63,652 nucleotides of DNA from Gammaproteobacteria bacterium (GCA_013151745.1 JAADHS010000046.1:1-63652), one strand, 5' to 3'. Positions 20,492 to 31,123 are shown, counted from the stretch's first letter. The notes: generated by a model not told the origin, from the sequence alone. Numbers and translations are program-made.

Positions 20492-20515
20492 AAAGATGTA
20501 TTTGAAATATACTTT
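20492..20515. promoter_or_regulatory. candidate NsrR-type operator upstream of the truncated haemoglobin gene
   Basis: AAAGATGTATTT-G-AAATATACTTT. The left half matches the AAGATGyATTT NsrR half-site as I recall it. The right half matches about 8 of 11 positions. The site lies 39 nt upstream of the start codon. Confidence 0.4.
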
Positions 20516-20553
20516 ATATCACTTTTTCATCATAACCTTCAGGAGCATTACTT

Positions 20554-20922
20554 ATGAGTACATCTTTATTTGAAAAAATTGGTGGTGAAACCGCAGTGAA
20601 TGCGGCTGTCGATATTTTTTACAGAAAAGTTTTAGCTGATGATCGCATATCCTCATTTTTTGAAGGTGTCGACATGGACAAGCAAGCATCTAAACAAAAA
20701 GCGTTTTTAACTCTGGCATTTGGCGGAGCAAACAATTACTCCGGCAAAGACATGCGTGAAGGCCATGCACACTTAGTCGCAAAGGGATTAAATGATAGCC
20801 ATTTTGATGCCGTAATGGAAAACCTTGGTGCAACTTTGACCGAGTTAAAAGTGCCTGCTGAGCTGATCTCTGAAGCGGCGGCAATCGCAGAATCCACACG
20901 CGACGATGTTTTAGGGCGATAA
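20554..20922 (+). CDS. glbN: group I truncated haemoglobin (trHbN)
   Basis: 122 aa. N-terminal FEKIGGE..V..FY.KVL.D..I..FF pattern and a proximal His in MREGHAHL. AGGAG RBS. Confidence 0.88.
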   Translation: MSTSLFEKIGGETAVNAAVDIFYRKVLADDRISSFFEGVDMDKQASKQKAFLTLAFGGANNYSGKDMREGHAHLVAKGLNDSHFDAVMENLGATLTELKVPAELISEAAAIAESTRDDVLGR

Positions 20923-20942
20923 GAAACGGGACAAGACACTTC

Positions 20943-21944
20943 GTGGCGCGTATTACGTTTAATGACCAGGTATATCACTGTGTAAACAACGAGTCTGTAT
21001 TAGACTGTCTCACACGTCACGGTGTGTCCATTCCCTCATCTTGTAAAAGTGGCGTATGCCAAACTTGCTTAATGCGCGGCTCTAAAGGAAAGATCCCCAA
21101 AGACGCCCAACTTGACCTCAAACCGAGCCTGGTCAACCAAAATTATTTTTTTTCCTGTGTTTGCAAACCAACACAAGATATAAATATTCATTTACCTGAC
21201 GAAGACATTAACCCCAAACTTATTGCAACTGTAATTCAAAAAAACAAACTGCAACCCGGTATTCTACAATTAATTTTACAAAGCCAAAGCCCGTTCAACT
21301 ACCAGGCAGGACAATTCTTAAACTTGACCGGCGCAAACGGTATAACTCGCAGCTACTCTATAGCGAGCCTCCCTCAGGCAAACAATCAAATTGAACTACA
21401 TATCAAAAAAATTGCATCTGGCAACTTATCTACCTGGATATTCGACGAACTAGAGATCGCTCAAGAAGTGTTGATTTCAGGCCCTCACGGTGATTGTTAT
21501 TACATGACTGAACATCACCGGCACCAACCTTTATTATTGATTGGTACGGGAACGGGTCTCGCACCTTTATACGGCATCATACAAGACGCACTCTATCAAA
21601 AACATACTCAAGCCATTCATCTATTTCACGGTAGCCGAGCAACAACCGACCTCTATTTAGTCGACACGTTATTGGCACTAAAAAAACAACATAAAAATTT
21701 CAACTATACACCCTGCTTATCGGGAAGCTCCTCATTTTCTGGCGCGACAAAGGGACGTGCCGATGTGATAGCTTTGCAACAACACCCAAAATTAAAGGGT
21801 TGGCAAGTTTTTTTATGTGGTCATCCAGATATGGTTAACACCATGAAGAAAAAATCTTTTTTACAGGGCGCAGCATTGCAAGCGATTCATACGGATTCGT
21901 TTGTTCACAACCATCACGTTGAAACGCCGATAAAACCCAATTAA
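20943..21944 (+). CDS. 2Fe-2S ferredoxin / FAD / NAD(P)H oxidoreductase (FNR-family reductase)
   Basis: N-terminal CKSGVCQTC...C cluster, FAD motif RSYSIAS and NAD motif LLIGTGTGLAP. GTG start 20 nt after glbN. Confidence 0.85.
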   Translation: MARITFNDQVYHCVNNESVLDCLTRHGVSIPSSCKSGVCQTCLMRGSKGKIPKDAQLDLKPSLVNQNYFFSCVCKPTQDINIHLPDEDINPKLIATVIQKNKLQPGILQLILQSQSPFNYQAGQFLNLTGANGITRSYSIASLPQANNQIELHIKKIASGNLSTWIFDELEIAQEVLISGPHGDCYYMTEHHRHQPLLLIGTGTGLAPLYGIIQDALYQKHTQAIHLFHGSRATTDLYLVDTLLALKKQHKNFNYTPCLSGSSSFSGATKGRADVIALQQHPKLKGWQVFLCGHPDMVNTMKKKSFLQGAALQAIHTDSFVHNHHVETPIKPN

Positions 21945-22288
21945 GCAGGTTGCTTCAATAAAGCGACCAAACCAGGGATCGCATTACCATGCACCTCTGT
22001 TCCTCCAGCGCCGCTGACTAATGCCTCCCTGAGCTGCGTTACCGCTTCTTTTGCCTGTTGTGGTGTTTCAATAGCTTGCGACATTGAACGGCTCTGCTCA
22101 TTCAACCCCATCGCAACTGAACTTAAAACAAGCTGATCGGAATGATCACGGCCTTGAGAGGATTCGGCTGAAGTTTTTTGGCCTGAGCCTTGACGACTCT
22201 CTGACGATTCCGCGTCAACTTTTCCTTTCCCGTTACCGGCGCCCCCTAATAGGGTCGTTATTCTGTTAGAGCCAATTGGATCTGTCAT
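21941..22288 (-). CDS. hypothetical low-complexity 115-aa protein
   Basis: ATG 22288 preceded by a strong GGGAGAAGGA RBS. Gly/Ser/Gln-rich N-half and helical C-half. No family assigned. Confidence 0.5.
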   Translation of the reverse strand: MTDPIGSNRITTLLGGAGNGKGKVDAESSESRQGSGQKTSAESSQGRDHSDQLVLSSVAMGLNEQSRSMSQAIETPQQAKEAVTQLREALVSGAGGTEVHGNAIPGLVALLKQPA

Positions 22289-22440
22289 CGTCCTTCTCCC
22301 ATATTCGCCAAAATTTTGGCAATTCTTCTGCATTTAATACGGTATATCAACCGCTACCCAACTCCAGTAGCAATATACCGGCCAAGTTTGACATCAACCC
22401 TTCCGTTAGAGCCAGAAACGAGCGATAAAAGCAAAGCTAA

Positions 22441-22494
22441 AATGAGATGCCGATGCGCGTGAAAACACCTAAACCCATAACACCATGGGTATAG
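22441..22494. repeat. solo half of MITE subfamily A (right arm only)
   Basis: GATGCCGATGCGCGTGAAAACACCTAAACCCATAACACCATGGGTATA aligns to 7588..7635 of the full copy. Confidence 0.7.
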
Positions 22495-22502
22495 CGTAAT
22501 CC

Positions 22503-23399
22503 TTAGGTTAATTGTCGGTAGGTATCTTGAATAGCGCAAGCCAGCTTACGCTGATCATGCAAGCGTTCATGTGCATGATCAGCCAAATCAACGACGTTGA
22601 TCAGCTTTTCTGATTTTGCTGTTAATTCGCGTGAGTCAGGCCAGATAATAGCGTCAATAATATCCTGCCCTGCCACTTCATGAATCCATTGTAGTTTTTT
22701 ATCCAGCGACATACTCCCTGCCGGCCCCTCTTCCGCAACCATATTGGCGATATATATTTTTTTCGCTGTGGACTGAACAATGGCCTCTTTTATTTCGGAA
22801 ACCAGCAGAGGTGCCGTTATACTTGTAATAAAACTGCCGGGGCCTAACAAAATAAGATCCGCATGATTAATGGCCTCTACCGCCTCTTGAGGTGCGCCAA
22901 CTCTTGGCGTAATCCCTATACTCGCAGGCAACTGATCATGTGCATCAATATCAACTTCACCCCAAACATGGCCTTCATCATAACAAGCATAAAGATGGGC
23001 TGGCGTTTCTGTCATAGGTAAAATATGTGATTTCACCCCAAGAAAATCTCTAAATAAGTTCAAAGTATCAAGCGGCCTGACACACATCCCATCAAGCGCT
23101 AATAACATCAAATTGCCCAGGCTATGGCCACTCAAGCTTCCAGCATCCTCAAACCGATATTCAAACAACAGTTTTTTTATATCATCGGCAGGCATGAGTT
23201 GGCTCAGGCAATTACGTAAGTCCCCCCAGGCTATACACCCGGTTTCATTGCGTAAACGCCCACTTGACCCCCCATTATCGGTCGTCGCCACAATACCGTA
23301 GAGCTTATCTTCCAGAAAGGATAACGATGACAATAAGCGACCCAAGCCATGCCCGCCCCCAATGGCCACTACGCCTTTTAAACTTTTGATTTTTACCAT
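22503..23399 (-). CDS. YvcK/CofD-family protein (UPF0052)
   Basis: N-terminal GGGHGLGRLL motif and about 298 aa. Confidence 0.75.
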   Translation of the reverse strand: MVKIKSLKGVVAIGGGHGLGRLLSSLSFLEDKLYGIVATTDNGGSSGRLRNETGCIAWGDLRNCLSQLMPADDIKKLLFEYRFEDAGSLSGHSLGNLMLLALDGMCVRPLDTLNLFRDFLGVKSHILPMTETPAHLYACYDEGHVWGEVDIDAHDQLPASIGITPRVGAPQEAVEAINHADLILLGPGSFITSITAPLLVSEIKEAIVQSTAKKIYIANMVAEEGPAGSMSLDKKLQWIHEVAGQDIIDAIIWPDSRELTAKSEKLINVVDLADHAHERLHDQRKLACAIQDTYRQLT

Positions 23400-23404
23400 A
23401 ATAA

Positions 23405-24148
23405 CTAAACTTCAAAGTCAGGCTGCAAACGGGCACACTCGTCTTCTATCCAAGATTCCGCCAGTTGATTAATTTCTACTGCTTTTTTATTTTTTGAGTC
23501 AATAACCGGGCCAATTGACAACGTAATGACACCGGGTTTTTTAATAAAACTCTGCTTGCTCCAAAAATATCCCGCATTATGAGCCACTGGCAATACTGGA
23601 TATTCCGAGTGCTCAGCAAGGATGGCGCCACCCAATTTATAGGGTTTGCGCTCACCGACACTGACGCGTGTCCCTTCTGGATAAATCACGACCCATCGTC
23701 CTCGCTGTAAGCGCTCGGTGCCTTGATTGATTAATTGTTTCACCGCTTTTCTACCCGCCTTGCGATCTATTGCAATAGGTTCAAGCATAGCCAAACCCCA
23801 ACCAAAAAACGGCAACCACAATAATTCTCGTTTTAACAACCAGACTTGAGCAGGGAAGACCAATTGCAAAGCCAGCGTTTCCCACGACGATTGATGTTTG
23901 ACCAAACAAATAACGGGCTCCGCAGGCATATTCTCTTGACCTTTAACCTCAAAGCGAAGATTACAACATACTTTCAATGACCATATATTAAAGCGTGCCC
24001 ATTGCTTAATAAAATTATAACGTTGCTCAAAAGGTAAAGGGTAAGTCAAAATGCTGGGTATAGAAAAAAGAATGGCTGAAAATACGTAAATAATAAAAAA
24101 CAATACAGAACGTAACCATATCATTAAATCATTCATAAAATTAAACAC
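23405..24148 (-). CDS. plsC: 1-acyl-sn-glycerol-3-phosphate acyltransferase
   Basis: HQSSWE (HX4D/E) and YPEGTR blocks. N-terminal TM segment. Confidence 0.85.
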   Translation of the reverse strand: MFNFMNDLMIWLRSVLFFIIYVFSAILFSIPSILTYPLPFEQRYNFIKQWARFNIWSLKVCCNLRFEVKGQENMPAEPVICLVKHQSSWETLALQLVFPAQVWLLKRELLWLPFFGWGLAMLEPIAIDRKAGRKAVKQLINQGTERLQRGRWVVIYPEGTRVSVGERKPYKLGGAILAEHSEYPVLPVAHNAGYFWSKQSFIKKPGVITLSIGPVIDSKNKKAVEINQLAESWIEDECARLQPDFEV

Positions 24149-24677
24149 TCAAAAGGTCAGCGACAACGGCAGCCAGATCATCATAAACCGGAACCTGCAT
24201 CACGTCAGGCATCACTTCTAATGTACGCAAACCTTTCCCCGTTCGTACTAATAACGGTCGCGCCCGCACACTCGCTGCGGCTTGTAAGTCTCGCAAGGAA
24301 TCCCCTACTGCCGGCACCCCAACTAAGTCAACATGAAAACGTTCTGAGATTTGCTCAAACATTCCTGCCTTGGGTTTGCGACAAGTACAATTTTGCGCAT
24401 CACTGTGGGGACAAAAAAATACAACATCAATCACCCCGCCTGCATCAGCCACTAAACGAATCATCTTGCTGTGAATGTTATTTAAAACATCCATATCAAA
24501 AAAGCCTCGGGCAATACCAGACTGATTCGTCACCACCACAACCTTGTAATCTGCCTGCGTTAACTTTGCTATGGCCTCCAGACTCCCCTCTATCGGCAAC
24601 CATTCATCGGGGGATTTAATAAAATCATCCGAGTCTTGATTAATGACACCATCACGATCTAATATTATGAGTTTCAC
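24141..24677 (-). CDS. gmhB: D-glycero-beta-D-manno-heptose-1,7-bisphosphate 7-phosphatase
   Basis: HAD motif ILDRDGVIN and Zn-binding C..H.....C.CRKP. GTG 24677 is proposed as the start, 8 nt after the glyS stop. The ORF-track start at 24716 overlaps glyS. Confidence 0.8.
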   Translation of the reverse strand: MKLIILDRDGVINQDSDDFIKSPDEWLPIEGSLEAIAKLTQADYKVVVVTNQSGIARGFFDMDVLNNIHSKMIRLVADAGGVIDVVFFCPHSDAQNCTCRKPKAGMFEQISERFHVDLVGVPAVGDSLRDLQAAASVRARPLLVRTGKGLRTLEVMPDVMQVPVYDDLAAVVADLLSV

Positions 24678-24684
24678 GACATCT

Positions 24685-26808
24685 CTACCCTTGCAAATAC
24701 GATATATCAGCAACACCAGAAAACAATTCTCGCAACATCGCCAGCAATGCTAAACGGTTCTCTTTTATAGCTGGGTCATCCACCATCACCCTAATTTTAT
24801 CAAAAAAGGCATCAACCTCAGGTCGCATCACCGCCAAACAAACCAATGATTGCTCATACTGCCCTGCTGCCAACAGCGGCTCAACCTCTTTTTGCAAATT
24901 TAAAATCCGCTTATACAATTTTTTTTCCGCTTCTTCTTCTAACAAAGCAGGCGTAATTTTTTTCGGTAATTCACCTTCCACTTTACGTAAAATATTGTGT
25001 ATCCGCTTATTCGCTGCGGTCAAACTTTCCGCTTCTTCTAATTTGCGAAACGCAGAAACGGCGCTTAAACGCTGCCCCAGGTCATGAGGCTCTTTAATCC
25101 CCACAGCAACAACGGCAGCAAAGGCATCCGCTTTTACTTCATCATCCGTTTCAAGAAAATAGTTTTTCAATCGATCCATCATGAATTCTTGAATACGGCG
25201 CTGTACCGTTTCGGTGTCCACTTTTTTTTGTTTCGATTTTTCATTATCCACAACGACATAAGAAAAAGGATCCGAAGCTATTTTTATTAACGCAACCAAA
25301 TTTAATTTGAGTCCTTTTTCAACAATAATACGCAGCACACCCAGTGCTGCACGGCGTAAAGCAAATGGGTCTTTGTCTCCTGTAGGTATATTTCCAGCAT
25401 GATATATGCCACAAATCGTGTCCATTTTTTCGGCTATAGATAAAAGCTGCCCCGCCACCGACTCAGGCAGCGGGCCACCACTAAAACGAGGTAAATAATG
25501 TTCCTCTATCGCCTCGGCCGTTGCTTTAGCTTCATTATGGATCAAAGCATATTGTTTACCCATAATGCCTTGCAGCTCAGGGAACTCACCCACCATATTG
25601 GACACCAGATCACACTTGTATAATTGTGCAGCTCGTCTCGCATAGGCTTTATTTTTTTCATCGATGGCAAGCGTAGTCGATAGCGATTCAAGCAAAATGC
25701 CAACACGCTCTATTTTGTCATATAAACTGCCCAGTTGTTTTTGATACACAATCCCTTTTAATTTTTCTTGCCATTCAGCAAATGATTCGCGACAATCCTG
25801 CTCATAAAAAAACATAGCATCTTGTAGCCGTGGACGAATAACGCGCTCATTGCCCGTGCGCACAACCGCTTCATCTTTACTGTCAATATTAGCCACGGTA
25901 ATAAAATAGGGCATTAATTTTCCAGCTTTATCTTTAACCGGAAAATATTTTTGATGGTCTTGCATTGAAGAAATCAAGACTTTGTCAGGAATTTTCAAAA
26001 ACCGAGACTCAAATTCGCCAGAAAGCGCAACAGGCCATTCGACCAGGCCAGTCACTTCATCTAATAGAGCTTCATCAATGATCGCATTTCCTCCGAGTGC
26101 CTCTGCAATGGCCATGACTTGCTCATGAATACGCTTACGTCGCACCGCAAAATCGGCAAGGACATACCCTTTTTTTTCCAGCAATAATGCATAGACAGAG
26201 GGCTCTGCAATAGAGATCGCCCCAGGATGATGAAAGCGATGACCATACGTCTCTTTACCCGTTTGAACACCCAACAGCTTTGTTTCGATAAGCTCGTTGC
26301 CAAACAATAAAACAACCCAATGTACGGGGCGTACAAACGTAATGTCCCGATCCGCCCAGCGCATCTTTTTTGGAATGGGTAAGTTCGTCAATGCCTGTTC
26401 AACAATACTAGGAATCAATACCTTCGTTTCCTTTCCTGCTTCTTGCGAGCGATGAACTAACCAGGCTCCTTTTTTTGTTTCGAGTTTTTGTAATTGATCG
26501 ACCTCAACACCGCAAGAACGAGCAAACCCCAAAGCTGCTTTGCTCGGCATACCTTCTTCATCAAATGACGCCGTAATCGCAGGGCCACGACGCTCGTATT
26601 CTTTTGCTTTTTGCATCGTAACAACATCTTTAACGATAACGGCCAAACGCCGCGGAGTCGCATAAAAAACGGCGCGATCAAAAGCCACTTCTGCTTTTTT
26701 CAGACCTTGCTCAATACCGCATTTGAACGCAAGCGCTAACTGGAAAAAAGCCTTCGGTGGCAGTTCTTCTGTGCCTATTTCTACTAATAAATCACGTTTT
26801 TCTGACAT
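24685..26808 (-). CDS. glyS: glycine--tRNA ligase beta subunit
   Basis: 707 aa. N-terminal LLVEIGTEELPPK. Follows glyQ. Confidence 0.95.
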   Translation of the reverse strand: MSEKRDLLVEIGTEELPPKAFFQLALAFKCGIEQGLKKAEVAFDRAVFYATPRRLAVIVKDVVTMQKAKEYERRGPAITASFDEEGMPSKAALGFARSCGVEVDQLQKLETKKGAWLVHRSQEAGKETKVLIPSIVEQALTNLPIPKKMRWADRDITFVRPVHWVVLLFGNELIETKLLGVQTGKETYGHRFHHPGAISIAEPSVYALLLEKKGYVLADFAVRRKRIHEQVMAIAEALGGNAIIDEALLDEVTGLVEWPVALSGEFESRFLKIPDKVLISSMQDHQKYFPVKDKAGKLMPYFITVANIDSKDEAVVRTGNERVIRPRLQDAMFFYEQDCRESFAEWQEKLKGIVYQKQLGSLYDKIERVGILLESLSTTLAIDEKNKAYARRAAQLYKCDLVSNMVGEFPELQGIMGKQYALIHNEAKATAEAIEEHYLPRFSGGPLPESVAGQLLSIAEKMDTICGIYHAGNIPTGDKDPFALRRAALGVLRIIVEKGLKLNLVALIKIASDPFSYVVVDNEKSKQKKVDTETVQRRIQEFMMDRLKNYFLETDDEVKADAFAAVVAVGIKEPHDLGQRLSAVSAFRKLEEAESLTAANKRIHNILRKVEGELPKKITPALLEEEAEKKLYKRILNLQKEVEPLLAAGQYEQSLVCLAVMRPEVDAFFDKIRVMVDDPAIKENRLALLAMLRELFSGVADISYLQG

Positions 26809-26833
26809 TCCATATCACCTTGGCTATTGATTA

Positions 26834-27712
26834 CTACGTTCCATATTTTTCAAAATAACGAAGGGCGACCGCACGCGACAAGGCTCTGACTCGAAGAATA
26901 TAGCCTTGCCTTGCCGTCACAGAAATAGCATGTCGGGCATCGAGTAAATTAAACACATGAGATGCTTTCAATACGGCTTCATAAGCAGGCAAGGGTAAAT
27001 CTTTTGCAATCAGCTTTTGACTCTCTCGTTCGTTGTCATCAAACAGGCGAAACAAACTAGAAACATCCGCGCACTCAAAATTATAAACTGACATTTCTTT
27101 TTCATTTGCCAAAAATACATCACCGTAAGTCACAGCAATGCCATCCGGGCCTTTTGCCCAGACAAGATCAAAAACATGATCTACACTCTGTAGATACATC
27201 GCTAAACGTTCTAGACCATAGGTAATTTCACCAGTAACCGGACGACAATCCAAGCCCCCCACCTGCTGAAAATAGGTAAACTGAGTCACCTCCATGCCAT
27301 TTAGCCAAACTTCCCAGCCTAAACCCCAAGCACCCAACGTAGGAGACTCCCAATTATCTTCGACAAAACGAATATCATGCACCCTTGTATCAATGCCAAG
27401 CTCTTGCAATGAACCCAAATACTGGTCTTGTATATCCAAAGGAGACGGCTTTAAAATAACCTGAAACTGATAATAGTGTTGAAGACGATTGGGATTCTCT
27501 CCATAACGGCCATCCGTTGGACGACGACAGGGCTGCACATAGGCCGCGTTCCAAGCCTGGGGGCCAATGGCTCGCAAAAACGTAGCCGGGTGAAATGTCC
27601 CTGCCCCCATTTCCATATCATAAGGCTGCAACAACACACAGCCGCGCTCTGCCCAATAACCCTGCAAAGTCTGAATCAGACCTTGAAAGGTTTTTAAATC
27701 GTATTTCGACAT
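26834..27712 (-). CDS. glyQ: glycine--tRNA ligase alpha subunit
   Basis: 292 aa, a highly conserved GlyQ sequence ([17 protein letters not shown]...). Confidence 0.96.
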   Translation of the reverse strand: MSKYDLKTFQGLIQTLQGYWAERGCVLLQPYDMEMGAGTFHPATFLRAIGPQAWNAAYVQPCRRPTDGRYGENPNRLQHYYQFQVILKPSPLDIQDQYLGSLQELGIDTRVHDIRFVEDNWESPTLGAWGLGWEVWLNGMEVTQFTYFQQVGGLDCRPVTGEITYGLERLAMYLQSVDHVFDLVWAKGPDGIAVTYGDVFLANEKEMSVYNFECADVSSLFRLFDDNERESQKLIAKDLPLPAYEAVLKASHVFNLLDARHAISVTARQGYILRVRALSRAVALRYFEKYGT

Positions 27713-28174
27713 AATTTCAATGAATTAAATATAGGTTATCGTTCTTTAAGAAGACTTTATTTTTACAAGCAAAGCCACATTTAAACTAACAAAATGTCAG
27801 GCGCGACATTATACCTTAAAACATCCGCAGCAATTAAAACAGACCTAACCCCCATGTCTAACCGGGTCCAAACAAACTCGCTCATTACCCCTCAAGTGGG
27901 TAGCTAGCAAATAAGCACTGTATTTTTCTCACTCACCATATCCATTATGAAAACAATCTACAGCGAGATTTTCACGCTTCTCGGTGAGAAACAGGAATAA
28001 TAACCCACCCTTTTCACTCTATTAGCTACGTTGCAAATACCACTCAAAGGCCAAAGTGACATCCTCTGGAAAATTAAATTTCTTGCTCTTTTCCATCACA
28101 AAAAAATCAAGGGGTAAACCAATTTTACAGTAGTAAATTAACAGCAAGAAAGCGTGTTTTGTTATCATTGCATT

Positions 28175-29461
28175 ATGGATCTTCAACAACTGACTCAACT
28201 TGACCAAGCCCATGTTTGGCATCCCTATAGCGCTATTGACTCTAGCTTACCTGTATACCCCGTCGCCTCTGCGGAGGGTGTCCGTCTTAAACTGCTTGAT
28301 GGCCGAGAATTAATTGACGGCATGTCTTCCTGGTGGTGCGCTATTCATGGATATAACCATCCTGAGATGAATCGAGCATTAATCACACAACTCAGTGACA
28401 TGGCACACGTTATGTTTGGCGGCTTGACTCACCGACCAGCAGTCGCGCTAGCGGCACGTTTGGTAGAGCTGACGCCTGATGCATTGCAAACGGTGTTTTT
28501 CAGTGATTCCGGCTCCGTATCAATTGAAGTAGCGATGAAAATGGCGATTCAATATTGGCATGCCAAAGGCAAAGCCAATAAGCAGCAATTTTTGACTTTA
28601 CGCCAAGGCTACCATGGCGATACCTTCGCAGCGATGTCGGTATGTGACCCCATTACAGGGATGCATGCATTATTTAGCCAGGCTTTAGCTCAGCAATTTT
28701 TTGCTGACTCCCCTCGTTGTCGTTTTGCCAATAGTTGCAGTGATGAAGATATTGCATCATTGGAACAGCAATTGATGATACAGCACAATACCATTGCCGC
28801 AGTTATTTTAGAACCGATCGTCCAGGCTACGGGAGGCATGCATTTTTACTCGGCTGAATATTTACAGCGTGCTAGGGTGTTATGTGACCAATATGAAGTA
28901 TTGTTAATCCATGATGAAATTGCCACCGGATTCGGTCGCACTGGCGAACTTTTTGCTTGCGAACATGCCAGGGTAACACCCGATATTATGTGTGTTGGCA
29001 AAGCACTCACGGGAGGTTATCTCACGCTTGCAGCAACGCTGACCACCTTAACCGTAAGCGAAACAATCAGCCAAGGCGAACCTGGAATTTTTATGCACGG
29101 ACCTACTTTTATGGCTAACCCGCTGGCGTGTACCGCAGGACTTACCAGTCTGCGCTTGTTAACCGAATCTCCATGGCAAAAAAATGTATTACGAATTGAA
29201 CAAGGTTTGAAAAAAGGTTTACAGCCTTGTCAGCATTTAACCGGGGTCATCGACGTACGCGTATTGGGCGCTATTGGCGTTGTTGAACTCACGACCCCTG
29301 TTGATATGAACAAAATTCAGCCTCGTTTTGTCGAAGCCGGTGTTTGGGTGAGACCCTTTGGCCGACTGGTCTATTTAATGCCGCCATATATTATAAGCGA
29401 CACCGACTTACAAAGTTTGACGGCAGCAGTCGTGGCGGTCGTGGATTCGATATGCTCTTAA
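28175..29461 (+). CDS. bioA: adenosylmethionine-8-amino-7-oxononanoate aminotransferase
   Basis: Class III aminotransferase with BioA N-terminus (HVWHPYS) and PLP-Lys context (VGKALTGG). Start trimmed to ATG 28175. Confidence 0.9.
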   Translation: MDLQQLTQLDQAHVWHPYSAIDSSLPVYPVASAEGVRLKLLDGRELIDGMSSWWCAIHGYNHPEMNRALITQLSDMAHVMFGGLTHRPAVALAARLVELTPDALQTVFFSDSGSVSIEVAMKMAIQYWHAKGKANKQQFLTLRQGYHGDTFAAMSVCDPITGMHALFSQALAQQFFADSPRCRFANSCSDEDIASLEQQLMIQHNTIAAVILEPIVQATGGMHFYSAEYLQRARVLCDQYEVLLIHDEIATGFGRTGELFACEHARVTPDIMCVGKALTGGYLTLAATLTTLTVSETISQGEPGIFMHGPTFMANPLACTAGLTSLRLLTESPWQKNVLRIEQGLKKGLQPCQHLTGVIDVRVLGAIGVVELTTPVDMNKIQPRFVEAGVWVRPFGRLVYLMPPYIISDTDLQSLTAAVVAVVDSICS

Positions 29462-29760
29462 ACCTGACGTTCAATGGTGATATAGTTCCAAAGATGGATT
29501 CCAAGATAACCCAGCACGACAGATAATATGGCACAGAGGGTGACCAGCAAAATCAACATCATGCTGCGATTTGCTTGCCATTCTTTTATACCGATATAAG
29601 CACCAAAAGCGGTAACAATACAGCCCAATTCGCTCATTAGCAGCATCATTAATAAAGGGATCTTGAAGTGTCCTTCTGTGGAAGTCACACCTGAAAAATA
29701 AAGTATCAGCACAAAAAACCCGCCTATGCCCGCGGCGACCCAAGGAATTTTTTGTTTCAC
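29458..29760 (-). CDS. small integral membrane protein (3 predicted TM helices)
   Basis: 100-aa ORF with three hydrophobic segments. Its stop overlaps the bioA stop (TTAA). Confidence 0.5.
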   Translation of the reverse strand: MKQKIPWVAAGIGGFFVLILYFSGVTSTEGHFKIPLLMMLLMSELGCIVTAFGAYIGIKEWQANRSMMLILLVTLCAILSVVLGYLGIHLWNYITIERQV

Positions 29761-30182
29761 TCGTGAACCCTCAAGTCAGCATTAAAAAATAAGCTTAGCA
29801 TAAAGCTGAAATTTAATAGGCATTAATTGATACCTGATAAACGAAAATATTTTTTTGTTTAAACGTCCTAGACCGTAGCAAAGGACATAAAAGTCAACTT
29901 TTCCGAATAAATGAGACGAAGTAAGGACTTTATTTAACGAATTTAATTGGGAAATTTGGCAAAAAGAAATTTTCCACAGTCGATCTTCTATTCTCGAACA
30001 GCCTCCTAGGCAAGCATATATTGCTTAACTATAGCGAAACATGGGAATTATGCAGCAATATTGACGCCATTTGCACCGAATTTCTTGCTTTATTTAACCT
30101 GAATCAATCTAGACAAAGCAAAACATCCATGCAACAATCTCCTCACATTCGGGTATACCTTATAATTAAACAAACTGAACTC

Positions 30183-30635
30183 ATGGCAACTGTATTGGTA
30201 ATCAATGGGCCCAACCTAAACCTTCTTGGCATGCGTGAACCCAACCATTATGGCGCAACTTCACTGGCTGATATAGAAGCACGCTTAAACACATTGACCG
30301 CTGAAGAAGGGCACGAATTACTCTGGTTCCAAAGCAATGCCGAGCATGAACTTATACAGCGTATACAGCTCGCGTTAGAGGATGCAGTGGATTTCATCAT
30401 TATCAACCCAGCTGCATACACCCATACCAGCATTGCACTTAGAGATGCTTTTAGTGCTGTGAAAATACCCTTTATTGAAGTTCATTTATCAAACATTCAC
30501 GCTCGCGAAACCTTTCGCCATCATTCTTATTTGGCGGATATCGCCGTGGGGCAAATTTGCGGCCTCGGCGCCCTCGGCTATGAACTCGCACTGACCGCCG
30601 CATTCGACCATATTGACAATACTTTTACAGACTGA
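30183..30635 (+). CDS. aroQ: type II 3-dehydroquinate dehydratase
   Basis: [10 protein letters not shown] and HLSNIHARE motifs. Start trimmed to ATG 30183 (150 aa). Confidence 0.93.
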   Translation: MATVLVINGPNLNLLGMREPNHYGATSLADIEARLNTLTAEEGHELLWFQSNAEHELIQRIQLALEDAVDFIIINPAAYTHTSIALRDAFSAVKIPFIEVHLSNIHARETFRHHSYLADIAVGQICGLGALGYELALTAAFDHIDNTFTD

Positions 30636-30652
30636 TATTTAAACGGATAATC

Positions 30653-31123
30653 ATGGATATACGCAAAGTTAAAAAACTCATAGAACTTTTAGAAGAATCC
30701 GACATTGGTGAAATCGAAATTCACGAAGGTGAAGAATCAATCCGCATCAGTCGACATAACCAAACCAACGCATCCCTAATAGCTACACCGCAATCTATTT
30801 TAGGCTCAACAATACAACCCGCTGCGATAACAGCCGAAACCGCCGCACTTGTAATTCAAGATGACACGCCGACGGGTCACCAGGTCACTGCCCCGATGGT
30901 CGGTACTTTTTACCGCGCAGCATCGCCTGGCACCAAAGCCTTTGTTGAAATCGGTCAGCACGTTGGCGTAGGGGATACCCTGTGTATCATTGAAGCCATG
31001 AAAATGTTAAATCAAATTGAAGCAGACAAGGAAGGTGTGGTCAAAGCCGTTCTTGTTGATAACGCACAACCGGTTGAATATGGACAACCACTGGTTGTAA
31101 TAGATCCTGTCGTCATCGACTAG
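30653..31123 (+). CDS. accB: biotin carboxyl carrier protein
   Basis: C-terminal biotinyl domain with EAMKM. Confidence 0.95.
   Translation: MDIRKVKKLIELLEESDIGEIEIHEGEESIRISRHNQTNASLIATPQSILGSTIQPAAITAETAALVIQDDTPTGHQVTAPMVGTFYRAASPGTKAFVEIGQHVGVGDTLCIIEAMKMLNQIEADKEGVVKAVLVDNAQPVEYGQPLVVIDPVVID

Noticed and set aside
21941-22288. Idea that the 115-aa low-complexity protein is an FlgM-type anti-sigma factor.
   Set aside because: The size and Ser/Gln-rich composition are reminiscent of FlgM. However, the conserved C-terminal FlgM helix pattern is not evident, and there are no flagellar genes nearby.
28113-28128. GGTAAACCAATTTTAC upstream of bioA as a BirA (bioO-like) operator.
   Set aside because: Only one TGTAAACC-like half-site is present. 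The partner half-site at the expected spacing of about 16 bp is missing, and the short 5-bp palindrome could be chance in AT-rich DNA.
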